NCBI RefSeq assembly: GCF_044704955.1
Contig: NC_091989.1
Location: 104,718,001 to 104,782,000 of the forward strand
Origin: Pristiophorus japonicus
Taxonomy: Eukaryota
Reading direction: 5' to 3'
Length of the DNA stretch: 64,000 nt
The translations under genes were made by a program, and so were the position numbers. Under the pieces are notes generated by a model that ran no database searches, was not told the origin of the DNA, and saw only the letters and a list, made by a program, of their open reading frames with translations. Position 1 is the first letter of the stretch; the number at the start of each line of letters is the position of its first letter. Shown in pieces: positions 46,147-58,777 of this stretch.

Positions 46147-49100
46147 ATTTTTCTAAAGGGCAGTTGGTGAGGCGCGAGTCCGGAGTCGGAGGCCTATAAA
46201 AGGCCCAGCGGCAGCGAGAGGCGGCGGCAGTTGGTGAGGCGCGAGTCCGGGGTTGGAGGCCTATAAAAGGCCCAGCGGCAGCGAGAGGCGGCGGCAGTTG
46301 GTGAGGCGCGAGTCCGGGGTTGGAGGCCTATAAAAGGCCCAGCGGCAGCGAGAGGCGGCGGCAGTTGGTGAGGCGCGAGTCCGGAGTCGGAGGCCTATAA
46401 AAGGCCCAGCGGCAGCGAGAGCCGGCGGCAGTTGGTGAGGCGCGAGTCCGGGGTCGGAGGCCTATAAAAGGCCCAGCGGCAGCGAGAACCGGCGGCAGTT
46501 GGTGAGGCGCGAGTCCGGGGTCGGAGGCCTAAAAAAGGCGTGCTTGTGCAGCTACAGGGAGAAGGCAAAAAAGAAATAAAAAGAAACAGAAAGGTGACGT
46601 CACAGCCAAAGGGGTAAGTGATTGGCTGGTGATTGGTGAGTAGTTTTTCTTCTTCTCTTTAACAGTGAGTAAACTTTAACATTATTGTTGCCTATCTAAA
46701 GGTTAAGTCATGGCAGAAGAGCTCAGTCGCGTGTTATGCTCCTCCTGTACCATGTGGGAACTCAGGAACGACTCCAGTGTCCCTGACGACTACGTGTGCA
46801 GGAAGTGTATCCACCTCCAGCTCCTGACGGTCCACGTTGCAGAGTTGGAGCTGAGAGTGGATTCACTCTGGAGCATCCACAATGCTGAGAATGACGTGAG
46901 TAGCATGTGTAGCGAGTTGGTCATACCACAAGAGAAGGGTCCACAGCTAGATAGGGAATGGAAGACCAGCAGGAAGAGCAGTGCAAAGAAGGTAGTGCAA
47001 GGGTCCCCTGTGGTGATCCCCCTGCAAAACAGATACACTGCTTTGAGTACTGTTGAGGGAGATGACTGATCAGGGGAGGGCAGCAGCAGCCAAGTTCATG
47101 GCACCGTGGCTGGCTCTGTTATACAGGAGGGCAGGAAAAAGATTGGGAGAGCGATAGTGATAGGAGATTCAATTGTTAGGAGAATAGATAGGCGTTTCTG
47201 CGGCCGCAACCGAGACTCCAGGATAGTATGTTGCCTCCCTGGTGCAAGTGTCAAGGATGTCTCGGAGTGGGTGCAGGACATTCTAAAAAAGGAGGGGGAA
47301 CAGCCAGTTGTCGTGGTGCACATTGGTACCAACGACATAGGTAAAAAAAGGGATGAGGTCCGATGAAACGAATTTAAGGAGCTAGGAGGTAAATTAATTA
47401 GTAGGACCTCAAAAGTAGTAATCTCGTGATTGCTACCAGTACCACGTGCTAGTCAGAGTAGGAATCGCAGGAAAGCACAGATGAATAAGTGGCTTGAGCA
47501 GTGGTGCAGCAGGGAGGGATTCAAATTCCTGGGGCATTGGAACCGGTTCTGGGGGAGGTGGGACCAGTACAAACCGGACGGTCTACACCTGGGCAGGACC
47601 GGAACAATGTCCTAGGGGGAGTGTTTGCTAGTGCTGTTGGGGAGGAGTTAAACTAATATGGCAGTGAATGGGAACCAATGGAGGGAGACAGAGGGAAACA
47701 AAAAGGAGATAAAAGCAAAAAACAGAAAGGAGATGAGAAAAAGTGGAGGACAAAGAAATGCAAGACAAAGAACAAAAAGGGCCACTAAACAACAAAATTC
47801 TAAAAGGACAAAGGGTGTTAAAAAAACAAGCCTGAAGGCTTTGTGTCTTAATGCAAGGAGTATCCGTAATAAGGTGGATAAATTAAATGTGCAAATAGAT
47901 GTTAACAAATATGATGTGATTGGGATTACGGAGACGTGGCTCCAGGATGATCAGGGCTGGGAACTCAACATCCAGGGGTATTCAACATTCAGGAAGGATA
48001 GAATAAAAGGAAAAGGAGGTGGGGTAGCATTGCTGGTTAAAGAGGATATTAATACAATAATTAGGAATGACATTAGCTTGAATGATGTGGAATCTATATG
48101 GGTAGAGCTGCAGAACACCAAAGGGCAAAAAACGTTAGTGGGAGTTGTGTACAGGCCTCCAAACAGTAGTAGTGATGTTGGGGAGGGCATCAAACAGGAA
48201 ATTATGGGTGCATGCAATAAAGGTGCAGCAGTTATAATGGGTGACTTTAATATGCACATAGATTGGGCTAACCAAACTGGAAGCAATACGGTGGAAGAGG
48301 ATTTCCTGGAGTGCATAAGGGATGGTTTTCTAGACCAATATGTCAAGGAACCAACTAGGGGAGAGGCCATCTTAGACTGGGTGTTGTGTAATGAGAGAGG
48401 ATTAATTAGCAATCTCGTTGTGCGAGGCCCCTTGGGGAAGAGTGACCATAATATGATGGAATTCTGCATTAGGATGGAGAATGAAACAGTTAATTCAGAG
48501 ACCATGGTCCAGAACTTAAAGAAGGGTAACTTTTAAGGTATGAGGCGTGAATTGGCTAGGATTGATTGGCGAATGATAATTGAGGGGTTAACTGTGGATG
48601 GGCAATGGCAGACATTTAGAGACCACATGGATGAACTACAACAATTGTACATTCCTGTCTGGCATAAAAATAAAAAAGGGAAGGTGGCTCAACCGTGGCT
48701 ATCAAGGGAAATCAGGGATAGTATTAAAGCCAAGGAAGTGGCATACAAATTGGCCAGAAATAGCAGCGGACCCGGAGACTGGGAGAAATTTAGAACTCAG
48801 CAGAGGAGGACGAAGGGTTTGATTAGGGCAGGGAAAATAGAGTACGAGAGGAAGCTTGCAGGGAACATTAAGACGGATTGCAAAAGTTTCTATAGATATG
48901 TAAAGAGAAAAAGGTTAGTAAAGACAAATGTAGGTCCCCTGCAGTCAGAATCAGGGGAAGTCATAACGGGGAACAAAGAAATGGCGGACCAATTGAACAA
49001 GTACTTTGGTTCGGTATTCACTAAGGAGGACACTAACAACATTCCGGATATAAGAAGGGTCAGAGGGTCTAGTAAGGAGGAGGAACTGAGGGAAATCCTT

Positions 49101-50738
49101 ATTAGTCGGGAAATTGTGTTGGGGAAATTGATGGGATTGAGGGCTGATAAATCTCCAGGGCCTGATGGACTGCATCCCAGAGTACTTAAGGAGGTGGCCT
49201 TGGAAATAGCGGATGCATTGACAGTCATTTTCCAACATTCCATTGACGCTGGATCAGTTCCTATCGAGTGGAGGGTAGCCAATGTAACCCCACTTTTTAA
49301 AAAAGGAGGGAGAGAGAAAACAGGGAATTTTAGACCGGTCAGCCTGACATCGGTAGTGGGTAAGATGATGGAATCAATTATTAAGGATGTCATAGCAGCG
49401 CATTTGGAAAGAGGTGACATGATAGGTCCAAGTCAGCATGGATTTGTGAAAGGGAAATCATGCTTGACAAATCTTCTGGAATTTTGTGAGGATGTTTCCA
49501 GTCGAGTGGACAAGGGAGAACCAGTTGATGTGGTATATTTGGACTTTCAGAAGGCTTTCGACAAGGTTCCACACAAGAGATTAATGTGCAAAGTTAAAGC
49601 ACATGGGATTGGGGGTAGTGTGTTGACATGGATTGAGAACTGGTTGTCAGACAGGAAGCAAAGAGTAGGAGTAATTGGGTACTTTTCAGAATGGCAGGCG
49701 GTGAGTATTGGGGTACCGCAAGGTTCTGTGCTGGGGCCCCAGCTGTTTACACTGTATATTAATGATTTAGACGAGGGGATTAAATGTAGTATCTCCAAAT
49801 TTGCGGATGACACTAAGTTGGGTGGCAGTGTGAGCTGCGAGGAGGATGCTATGAGGCTGCAGAGCGACTTAGATAGGTTTGGTGAGTGGGCAAATGCATG
49901 GCAGATGAAGTATAATGTGGATAAATGTGAGGTTGTCCACTTTGGTGTTAAAAACAGAGAGACAGACTATTATCTGAATGGTGACAGATTAGGAAAAGGG
50001 GAGGTGCAACGAGACCTGGGTGTCATGGTACATCAGTCATTGAAGGTTGGCATGCAGGTACAGCATGGGGTTAAGAAAGCAAATGGCATGTTGGCCTTCA
50101 TAGCGAGGGGATTTGAGAACAGGGGCAGGGAGGTGTTACTAAAGTTGTACAGGGCCTTGGTGAGGCCACACCTGGAGTATTGTGTACAGTTTTGGTCTCC
50201 TAACCTGAGGAAGGACATTCTTGTTATTGAGGGAGTGCAGCGAAGGTTCACCAGACTGATTCCCGGGATGGCGGGACTGACCTATCAAGAAAGACTGAAT
50301 CAACTGGGCTTGTATTCACTGGAGTTCAGAAGAATGAGAGGGGTCCTTATAGAAACGTTTAAAATTCTGATGGGTTTAGACAGGTTAGATGCAGGAAGAA
50401 TGTTCACAATATTGGGGAAGTCCAGAACCAGGGGTCACAGTCTAAGGATAAGGGGTAGACCATTTAGGACCAAGATGAGAAGAAACTTCTTCACCCAGAG
50501 AGTGGTGAACCTGTGGAATTCTCTGCCACAGAAAGTTGTTGAGGCTAATTCACTAAATATATTCAAAAAGGAGTTAGATGTAGTCCTTACTACTAAGGGG
50601 ATCAAAGGGTATGGCAATAAAGCAGGAATGGGGTACTGAAGTTGCATGTTCAGCCATGAACTCATTGAATGGCGGTGCAGGCTAGAAGGGCCGAATGGCC
50701 TACTCCTGCACCTATTTTCTATGTTTCTATATTTCTGT
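46147..50738 (+). mobile_element. Near full-length CR1 LINE nested in the Gypsy integrase
   Basis: Tandem-repeat 5' UTR; ORF1 Zn finger (CSSC..CRKC) + SGNH esterase (IGDS..GTND..DGLH) with stops; ORF2 47658-50639 broken only by TAA at 48534-48536; tail tatgtttc; GAT duplicated at both junctions. Confidence 0.95.
46158..46539 (+). repeat. 67-bp tandem monomers (~5.6 copies) forming the CR1 5' UTR
   Basis: cagttggtgagg recurs at 46161, 46228, 46295, 46362, 46429, 46496; the five complete units carry GGCCTATAAAAGGCC. Confidence 0.95.
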
Positions 50739-53700
50739 GATCCATTTGGCTTAGGCGTCTACTACAACCAAAAACATTTTTCCCATGAAAGGACCTGCGT
50801 AGTCCACATGGATGCGTGACCATGGCTTGGCGGATCAGGACCAGGGGCTAAGGGGGGCCTCCCTGGGCGCATTACCCAGCTGGGCACACATGTTGCATCT
50901 GCGAACACAAAGTTCCAGGTCTGCATCTATCCCTGGCCACTAAACGTGTGACCTGGCAATTGCCTTCATCATGACAATGCCCGGGTGCTCATTGTGGAGT
51001 TCTCGGATGAATGCCTCTCTGCCCATCTGGGGCATGACTTTTCGGTTTCCCCATAGTAGACAATCAGCCTTAATCTAGAGTTCATCCTTGCGCCTGTGAA
51101 ATGGTTTAAATTCCTCAGGGCATGCCCCGTACGTGGCTGTCCAGTCCTCATTCAGGACACATTTCTTGACTAAGGACTGTAGCGGATCTCTATTTGTCCA
51201 GACTTTGATCTGACGGGCTGTCATGGGTGAGCCTTCGCTTTCGAAAGCTTCAACAGCCATAACTATCTCAGCAGCATGCTCGGTTGCCCCCTCGGTGGTG
51301 GCTAGTGGGAGCCTGCTGAGTGCATCTGCGCAGTTTTCAGTGCCCGGTCTGTGCCGAATTGTGTAGTCATAGGCGGCTAACGTGAGTGCCCACCTCTGTA
51401 TGCGGGCCAACGCAATTGCATTTATGGCCTTGTTGTCGGCCAAAAGGGACATTAGGGGTTTGTGATCTGTCTCCAGCTCAAATTTCCTGCCAAACAGGTA
51501 CTGGTGCATTTTTTTTACTGCATATACACATGCAAGTGCTTCCTTTTCTACAATCCCATAGCCCCTTAATGCCTGAGACAGACTTCTGGAGGCATAGGCT
51601 ACCGGCTGTAACTGACCCTTGGCATTAACATGCTGCAACACACACCAGATTGTTGGAGCATAACAAATTGCATGCTCTATCAAAAGCCCTTTCCTGACTG
51701 TCCCCCCAGACCCATTCGCGACCTTTGCGTAGGAGCACGTGTAGCGGCCCTAACAGCGTGCTCAATTTGGGAAGAAAGTTGCAAAAATAGTTCAGGAGCC
51801 CCAGGAACGAACGCAGCTCCGTCGTGTTACGGGGTCTGGGTGCTCTCTGGATCGCTTCCATTTTGGACGCAGTAGGTCTGATCCAATCTGCTGCTACCCT
51901 CATCCCCAGGAATTCTACCTCTGGAGCTAGGAAGACCCACTTCACCTTTTTCAGTCGCAGACCTACCCGGTCCAGTCTGCGTAGCACCTCCTCCAGGTTG
52001 TGGAGGGTTCTTCAGTATCGCAACCCATGATGAGGATGTTGTCTTGAAAAACCACCGTCCTTGGAATCGACTTGAGGAGACTTTCCATGTTTCGTTGAAA
52101 GATCGCGGCAGCTGAGCGAATCCCGAACGGACATCTGTTGTAATCAAACAACCCCTTGTGTGTCATGATGGTGGTCAGCTTCTTCAACTGACTCGCCAGC
52201 TCCTGGGTCATGTAAGCTGAGGTCAGGTACAATTTTGAAAAATGTTGCCACCGGATAGCATCGCAAAGAGGTCCTCCGCTCTCGGTAGCGGGTACTGGTC
52301 TTGGTGTGGCACCCAATTGATGGTGGCCTTGTAATCACTACATATCCTGACTGACCCATCCGCCTTGAGCACCGGCACAATCCGACTCGCTCAGTCACTG
52401 AATTCGACTGCGGAGATGATGCCTTCCCTCAGCAGGTGGTCCAATTCGCCTTCTATCTTTTCCCTCATCACGTACGGCACCGCTCTGGCCTTGTGGTGTA
52501 CTGGCCTGGCGTCCGGGTTTATGTGAATCACTACCTTGGTCCCCATGAAAGTGCCAATGCCGGGTTGAAATAGTGAGTCAAATTTGTCCAGGACCTGTGA
52601 GCATGATATTTGCTCCACAGAAGAAATTGCATTGACATCGCCCCATTTCCAGTTCATGGCAGCAAGCCAACTCCTCCCCAGCAGTGCGGGACCATCCCCC
52701 GGGACAATCCAGAGTGGCAACCTGTTCTCTGAATCTTTGTGGGTCACGACTACCGTGGCGCTGCCTTGCACCGGAATGATCTCCTTTGTATATGTCCGTA
52801 GCTGTGCATCAATCGGCAATAATTTCGGCCTCCTGGCCTTGGACGCCCACAACTTGTCGAACTGTTTGATACTCATCAGGGACTGGCTGGCTCCCGTGTT
52901 TAGCTCCATTGATACTGGGATGCCATTGAGGAGCACTTTCATCATTATCGGTGACGTCCTGGTATATGAACTGTATATGTGCTCCACATGAACTCGCTGA
53001 ACTTCAGCTTCCAGCGATTTCCCCCAGTGTCCATTTGGTCTCGTAGAGCTTACATTGGGCCCGTCCTCCTCGTACATCAACCTGGCTGCAGGCTTCCTGC
53101 ACATACACAGCAAGTGACCGCTGACGTTGCAATTTCTGCAGATATATTGCTGATATCTGCAAGCTCTGGCTGTGTGTTTGCCTCCACACCTCCAACATGA
53201 GCAGTTGTTGGAAACAAAAGGTCCATTACCAGTCGATCGTCTCTGTCTCTATAACTGTCCTTAAACGCACCATTGACAGGTGTTGATGGCCCCATTACTG
53301 GCCTCATTGTCCCTTGCGATGGCATGAATCGCCATTCAGCTAGCCATTATCTCTGTTGAATTCCCCCTTTGGGTTCGACTACATGCTTGGGCATGTCCGA
53401 TTGCCCCTGTCTGCCTGGAGAACTGTGTGCCGTGTTAACAATGTTGACTCCCTGTCCATTTGTTGCATTTAAACCAAGATTTTTGTTAAACATCATTCTG
53501 GTCTCTTCCTCCCCTGAGATAAATGTCTGGGCCATCAAAGCCACCGTTTCCAGGGTCAAGTCTTTGATCTCAATCAGTTTCCTGAAACCCCAGCGTACCC
53601 GATGCCCTCAATAAAAAAGTCTCGCAGCATCTCCGCTCTGCATGTATCTGGAAACTTACATAGGCTCACCAATCGCCGGAGGTCGGCCACGAAGTCTGGA

Positions 53701-54589
53701 ATGCTTTGCCCTTCTCGCTGCCGGTGCGTGTAAAACCGCTGTCTCGCCATATGCATGCTGCTCATCGGTTTAAAGTGTTCCCCGATCAACTTACTGAGCT
53801 CTTTAAAAGTCTTGTCCACCGGCTTCTCTAGCACTAGCAGATCCTTCATCAGGGAGTACATCCTGAATTCACAAACCATCAGGAGATGAGCCCTGCGTTT
53901 GTCGGCCAAATCCTGTCCCAGCCATTCCTTAGTGACAAAACTTTGCTGTAGTCTCTCAATAAAATCGTCCCAATCATCACCAAAATAGTACGTCTCATCT
54001 GTGCTGCTAGTGTCCATGCTCGCATGGTTTAAATCCCAGTTTCTCGTCGCAAATAATATGTCCTTACTATACAGTACAAATGTACACGAGGCCCATACTG
54101 GAGAGAAGGTCACTCTGTGACCAGTAACCTTTATTAGCCAGCCCTGAAGTGGAGAAGATGGGTGGAGCTTCCCCTTTTATACCTGAAAGTCCAGGTTAGG
54201 AGTGTCTCCCACAAGTTCACCACTTAGTGGTCAGTGTTCTCACAGTGTACAACTTAGGTCAGTTTATACATGGATTACAATGACAGTTGAATACATAACA
54301 AAGGTAACCAGAGAACCAAACAAGAGATAAGCAAAGGAATAATCTCATGGGACGGGGAGGGTTTTCATCTGAAAGTTGAGACAAAGAGCTCAGCATACCA
54401 TTGGGCACCTAGGAAGAGCCCTTACAGGTTAGATAATCCTGTCCATCTTCTACCCCAGACCCACCCCTGATAAGAGAATAAAAGAGATATCTAAAGAGCT
54501 TTTAGCACAGACGGAGGAGAGAAGAGCTATTCACGCTCACCAGCCATGAGTCTGATCGGGACAGATACCAGCTGCTTGTCACAGTCATA

Positions 54590-55720
54590 TGTCTACTGGA
54601 GAAGCTGGGATTGTTCTCCTTGGAGCAGAGAATGTTAAGGAAAGACCTAATAGAAGTATTCAAAATTATGAGGGGTTTTGATAGAGCGAGTAGGGAGAAT
54701 TCTTTTCCTCTGCAAGTGGATCAGTGACCAGAGGTAATAGATTTTAAATAATTGGCAAAAGAAGTAAAGGAGAAATAAGGAGAACATTTTTCACATAGAG
54801 GGTTGTTAAGATATGGAATCCATTATCTGAAAGGGTGCTGGAATCAGATTCTATAGGAACTTTCATAGAATCAAAGAAATTTATAGCAAAGAGGGGAGTC
54901 ATTCAGCCCATTGTGTCTGTGCTGGCCAAAAAAGAGCTATCCGGCCTAATCCCACATTCCAGCTCTTGATCCGTAGCCTTGCACTTCAAGTGCATAACCA
55001 TGTACTTTTTAAATGTGATGAGGGTTTCAGCCTGTACCATCCTTTCAGGCAGTGAGTTCCAGACCTCCACTACTCCCCGGTGAAAACTATTCTCCTCAAC
55101 TCCCCTCTAATCCTTTTACCAATTACTTTAAATCTATGACCCCTGGTTATTGACCTCTCTGCTAAAGGAAATATGTCCTTCCTATCCATTCTATCTAGGA
55201 CCCTCAGAATTTTATACACTTCAATAAGTCTCCCCTCAGCCTCCTCTGTTCCAAAGAAAACGATCCGAGCCTATCCAATCTTTCCTCGGAGCTAAATTCT
55301 CCAGTCCTGGCAACATCCTTATAAAACTCCTCTGTACCCACTCGAGTGCAATCACATCTATCCTGTAATGTGGTGAGCAGTACTCTAGCTGTGGCCGAAC
55401 TAGTGTTTTATACAGTTCGAGCATAACCTCCCTGCTCTTGTATTCTATGCCTCGACTAATAAAGGCAAGTATCCCGTATGCCTTCTTAACTATCTTATCT
55501 ACCTGTTTTGCTACCTTCAGGGGTCTGTGGACATGCACTCCAAGGTCCCTTTGTTTCTCTACACTCCTCAGTATCAAAAGCTAATTGGACATATACTTGA
55601 AGAGGACTCATTTGCAGGGTTATGGAGAGAAAGCTGGGGTGTAGAACTAAATTAGGCAGGTCTTTCAAAGAGCTGGCACAGGCACGACAGGCCTAATGAC
55701 CTCCTTCTGTGCTGTAAGAT
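54590..55720. mobile_element. Nested CR1 3' fragments (both orientations)
   Basis: ORF 55236..55577 (LVRPQLEYC) inside an older + strand CR1 3' end. Confidence 0.75.
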
Positions 55721-56909
55721 TCTATAGATTCTTTGAATTGTGAACATTCTTTAATGATACTGATTTTTTTCAGTGTTGCAAGGGCAGATTCTTTATGACA
55801 TCACAGATATTACAATGTCTAGCAACGAACTTCCTTGCACACTACTCATTATTGTATGGGTTTAGCTGAGTGCTGTTACTCTAAAGGGAACGATAAGCAC
55901 AGTGTAATCTGCATGAGTCCAATGCTGAGGAGGGAGAAGTAGAATATCAGCTTATATCAAATGCCAAGGAAGAAGTTGTTCATCCAATATTGTTTATGCA
56001 TGTTAATTGTCTAATAATTAAGTTATTGCAACATTAGATTAGTTTCACCAGCTGTGTATTAGATTACAGACTGCCTCCTCAACTCTAGGACTCATTAGAA
56101 GAGGTAAGTTCTTACTTATAATTTACTTCTCAAAATAATAGGGTTCACAGCATTAAATATCCGATGCCACAGATTCATTAAGTATACAATAATAATTATA
56201 ATTATTAACAATAATTAAACAAACACTTAATAGCAGCACTTACAATAAAACCTTGTGAGCTTTTAGCCAGAGAATCCAAACACGTTAATTTTAATTAGGT
56301 TTATTGTCTAAATTGGTCACTGCATTAAGGTCAATCTTAGTTCAACAGTTCAGTGGTCACTGCATATATGTTAAACATACATGTTTATAAAATGAAGTAA
56401 ACCTGTCGTTTGATTATAACTTTAGTAAACGTCAATGCAGTCTGATTGCATCTTTCCTTACAGACTGGTGTATGAATCCAGCCCAGAATGATGAGATGAA
56501 AATCTCTCCTGTTTTGGCTTTGTTCAGACCCAAGCAACAGAGATGAAAGGACAGTAGGCTAGCACACTGCACTCACCCAGTCTTGACATTTATAAGTTTT
56601 ATATTTAGTGTTATAATTTTTTAACTCATTCCTGTCTCCCTCATAAACCCAATTCACTTTGATCATTTACTGCTCAAATTCATTGAGCAGCTGCTTAAAT
56701 CACAGAGGCCTGCAAACAATTCATTGAACAACACCATTTAAAACTCGGTTTTAGTGACAGCTGAATTCTAACTGTTGTTTTTCACTTCACTAACTGAGCT
56801 TTGAGTATTAGAACTCATGTTTATTTTTTTCTGCTGCTTGCTGTTTGCTGCTTGCTATCAAGTCAGCACCCATTTAGTAACCACCTCCCACAGCAATGCT
56901 GATGCTCAC

Positions 56910-57413
56910 CATCATAGGCAGTCCCTCGGGATTGGAAAGACTTGCTTCCACTCTTAGCATGAGTTCTTAGGTGGCTGTACAGTCCAATATGAGAATCACA
57001 GTCTCTGTCGCAGGTGGGACAAACAGTCATCAAGGGAAGAGGTGGTGGGACTGGTTTGCCGCAAGCTCTTTCCCCGCTGCCTGCGCTTGATTTCTGCATG
57101 CTCTCGACGAGACTCGAGGTGCTCAGCGCCCTCCCGGGTGCACTTCCTCCTTCCTCCACTTAGGGCGGTCTTTGGCCAGGGACTCCCAGATGTCAGTGGG
57201 GATATTGCAATTTATCAGGGAGGCTTTGAGGGTGTCCTTGTAACGTTTCCATTGCCCTCCTTTGGCTCGTTTGCCGTGAAGGAGTTCCGAGTAGAGCGCT
57301 TGCTTTGGGAGTCTCGTGTCTGGCATGCGAACTATGTGGCCTGCCCAGCAGAGCTGATCAAGTGTGGTCAGTGCTTCAATGCTGGTGATACTGGCCTGGA
57401 TGAGGACGCTAAC
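56910..57413 (-). mobile_element. RTE LINE 3' fragment, interrupted by a Gypsy LTR
   Basis: MPDTRLPKQALYSEL..; C-terminal CPTC..H..H zinc finger; catcataggcagtccctc tail. Confidence 0.85.
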
Positions 57414-58777
57414 TGTTATGACTCAATAAAGCAATGTGACTGAGTACTGGAGACTTGAGTAAGTGTGACCTTCGTCTCTTTATTCTGACTCCAGAGTGCT
57501 GGCACAGCATGGGATGCCTGCTTGTTATGCAGTGCTCCCAAGGGATTCTGGGATCCCTTGGGACTCCCAACAGATGTGCCCTCTGATGGCATTAGAATGC
57601 TGGTTACAAGGTGTTGCATACATAACATCACTCCCCACCCACCGCCGCCCCCCCCACCGCTCCCCTCCCGAAGTCAATAGTACACTTAGTTACAGGGTGA
57701 GACGATATGGGGCTTTCCGATCCCGAGTCGATCATCTCAGTACAAACACAGGTGCAGGTGAGTTAGTTGGGCCTTCGCTGGGCCACTGCGCAGCTGGCCT
57801 TGCTGGGCTGCTGGGGATGATGAGTTCAGCTTTGTGGTCAACCGTGATGTCGGTTGCCACTTGTGTGTGTAAAGGAGGGTTGAAGTTGGTGGTGTCCTCT
57901 TCAGGCTGCTCGTGGCTGTCTGTGAATCGCAGTTTGGTTTCGTCCAAATGCTTTCTGCAAGTTAGTCCATTTGCAAGTTTGACCTCAAACACCATACTCT
58001 CTTCTTTGGCTACGACAGTGCCAGCAAGCCATTTGGGACCAGTGAGTACAAATACAGAGTCATTGACTTCAATATCGCGTGACAAATTTGCGCGATCATG
58101 GTACATGCTTTGTTGATGCCGCCTGCTCTCGACATGATCATGGAGATCAGGGTAGACAAGAGAGAGCCTTGTTTTGAGCATTCAATCCATTTTGAATAAG
58201 CATCCACGACAACCAAAAACATTTTGCGAAGAAACGGGCCCGCAAAGTCAACGTGGATCCTGGACCACGGTTTGTAGGGCTATGACCACAAACTTAGCAG
58301 TGCCTCTCTGGATGCATTGCTCAGTTGAGAGCAAGTGTTGCATTGGCGCACTCATGACTCTAAATCTGAGTCAATACCGGGCCACCACACATGGGATCTG
58401 GCTATAGTTTTCATCATTACTATGCCTGGGTGGGTACTGTGTAGGTCGGGTATGAACATTTCCCTGCCTTTCTTAGGCAAAACCACGTGATTACCCGACA
58501 AAAGACAGTTCGCCTGTATGGACATTTCGTCTTTGCGCCGCTGGAACGGCTTGATCTCTTCATGCATCTCCGCTGGGACGCTGGACCAGCTCCCATGGAG
58601 GACACAGTTTTTTACAAGGGACAGTAAAGGACCCTGGCTGGTCCAGGTCCTGATCTGGCAGGCTGTAACGGGTGACTTTTCATTTTCAAATGCATCCATC
58701 ACCAAGAGCAAGTCTGCAGGCTGTGCCATTTCCACCCCGATAGTGGGTAATGGTAGTTGACTGATAATATCAGTTTA

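Larger units (their letters stand above)
45025..54300 (-). mobile_element. Full-length Gypsy/Ty3 LTR retrotransposon (gag-PR-RT-RH-INT, degenerate)
   Basis: 247-bp LTRs at 45025-45271 and 54054-54300 (about 10 mismatches by eye); TSD AAGGT; PPT GGGGGAGGTGA next to the 3' LTR; PBS-like TTGCGACGAG; gag 53574-54017, protease (MELNTGA), RT (CPFGIRSAAAIFQ), RNaseH (AYASRSL..TDHKPL), integrase (TAPFKPASN..AER). Confidence 0.95.

Noticed and set aside
46158-46539. CRISPR-like repeat array
   Set aside because: The units are head-to-tail with no unique spacers, there are no cas genes, the context is eukaryotic, and the array is the 5' UTR of a CR1.
47951-50665. Multiple antisense ORFs over CR1 ORF2
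   Set aside because: These are shadow frames of the RT/EN coding strand and recur in every CR1 copy in the window.
44787-54585. An older LTR interrupted by the Gypsy (44787-45019 plus 54306-54585)
   Set aside because: LTR-like composition (TG start, AATAAA), but the termini and TSD could not be fixed, so it was not listed as a feature.
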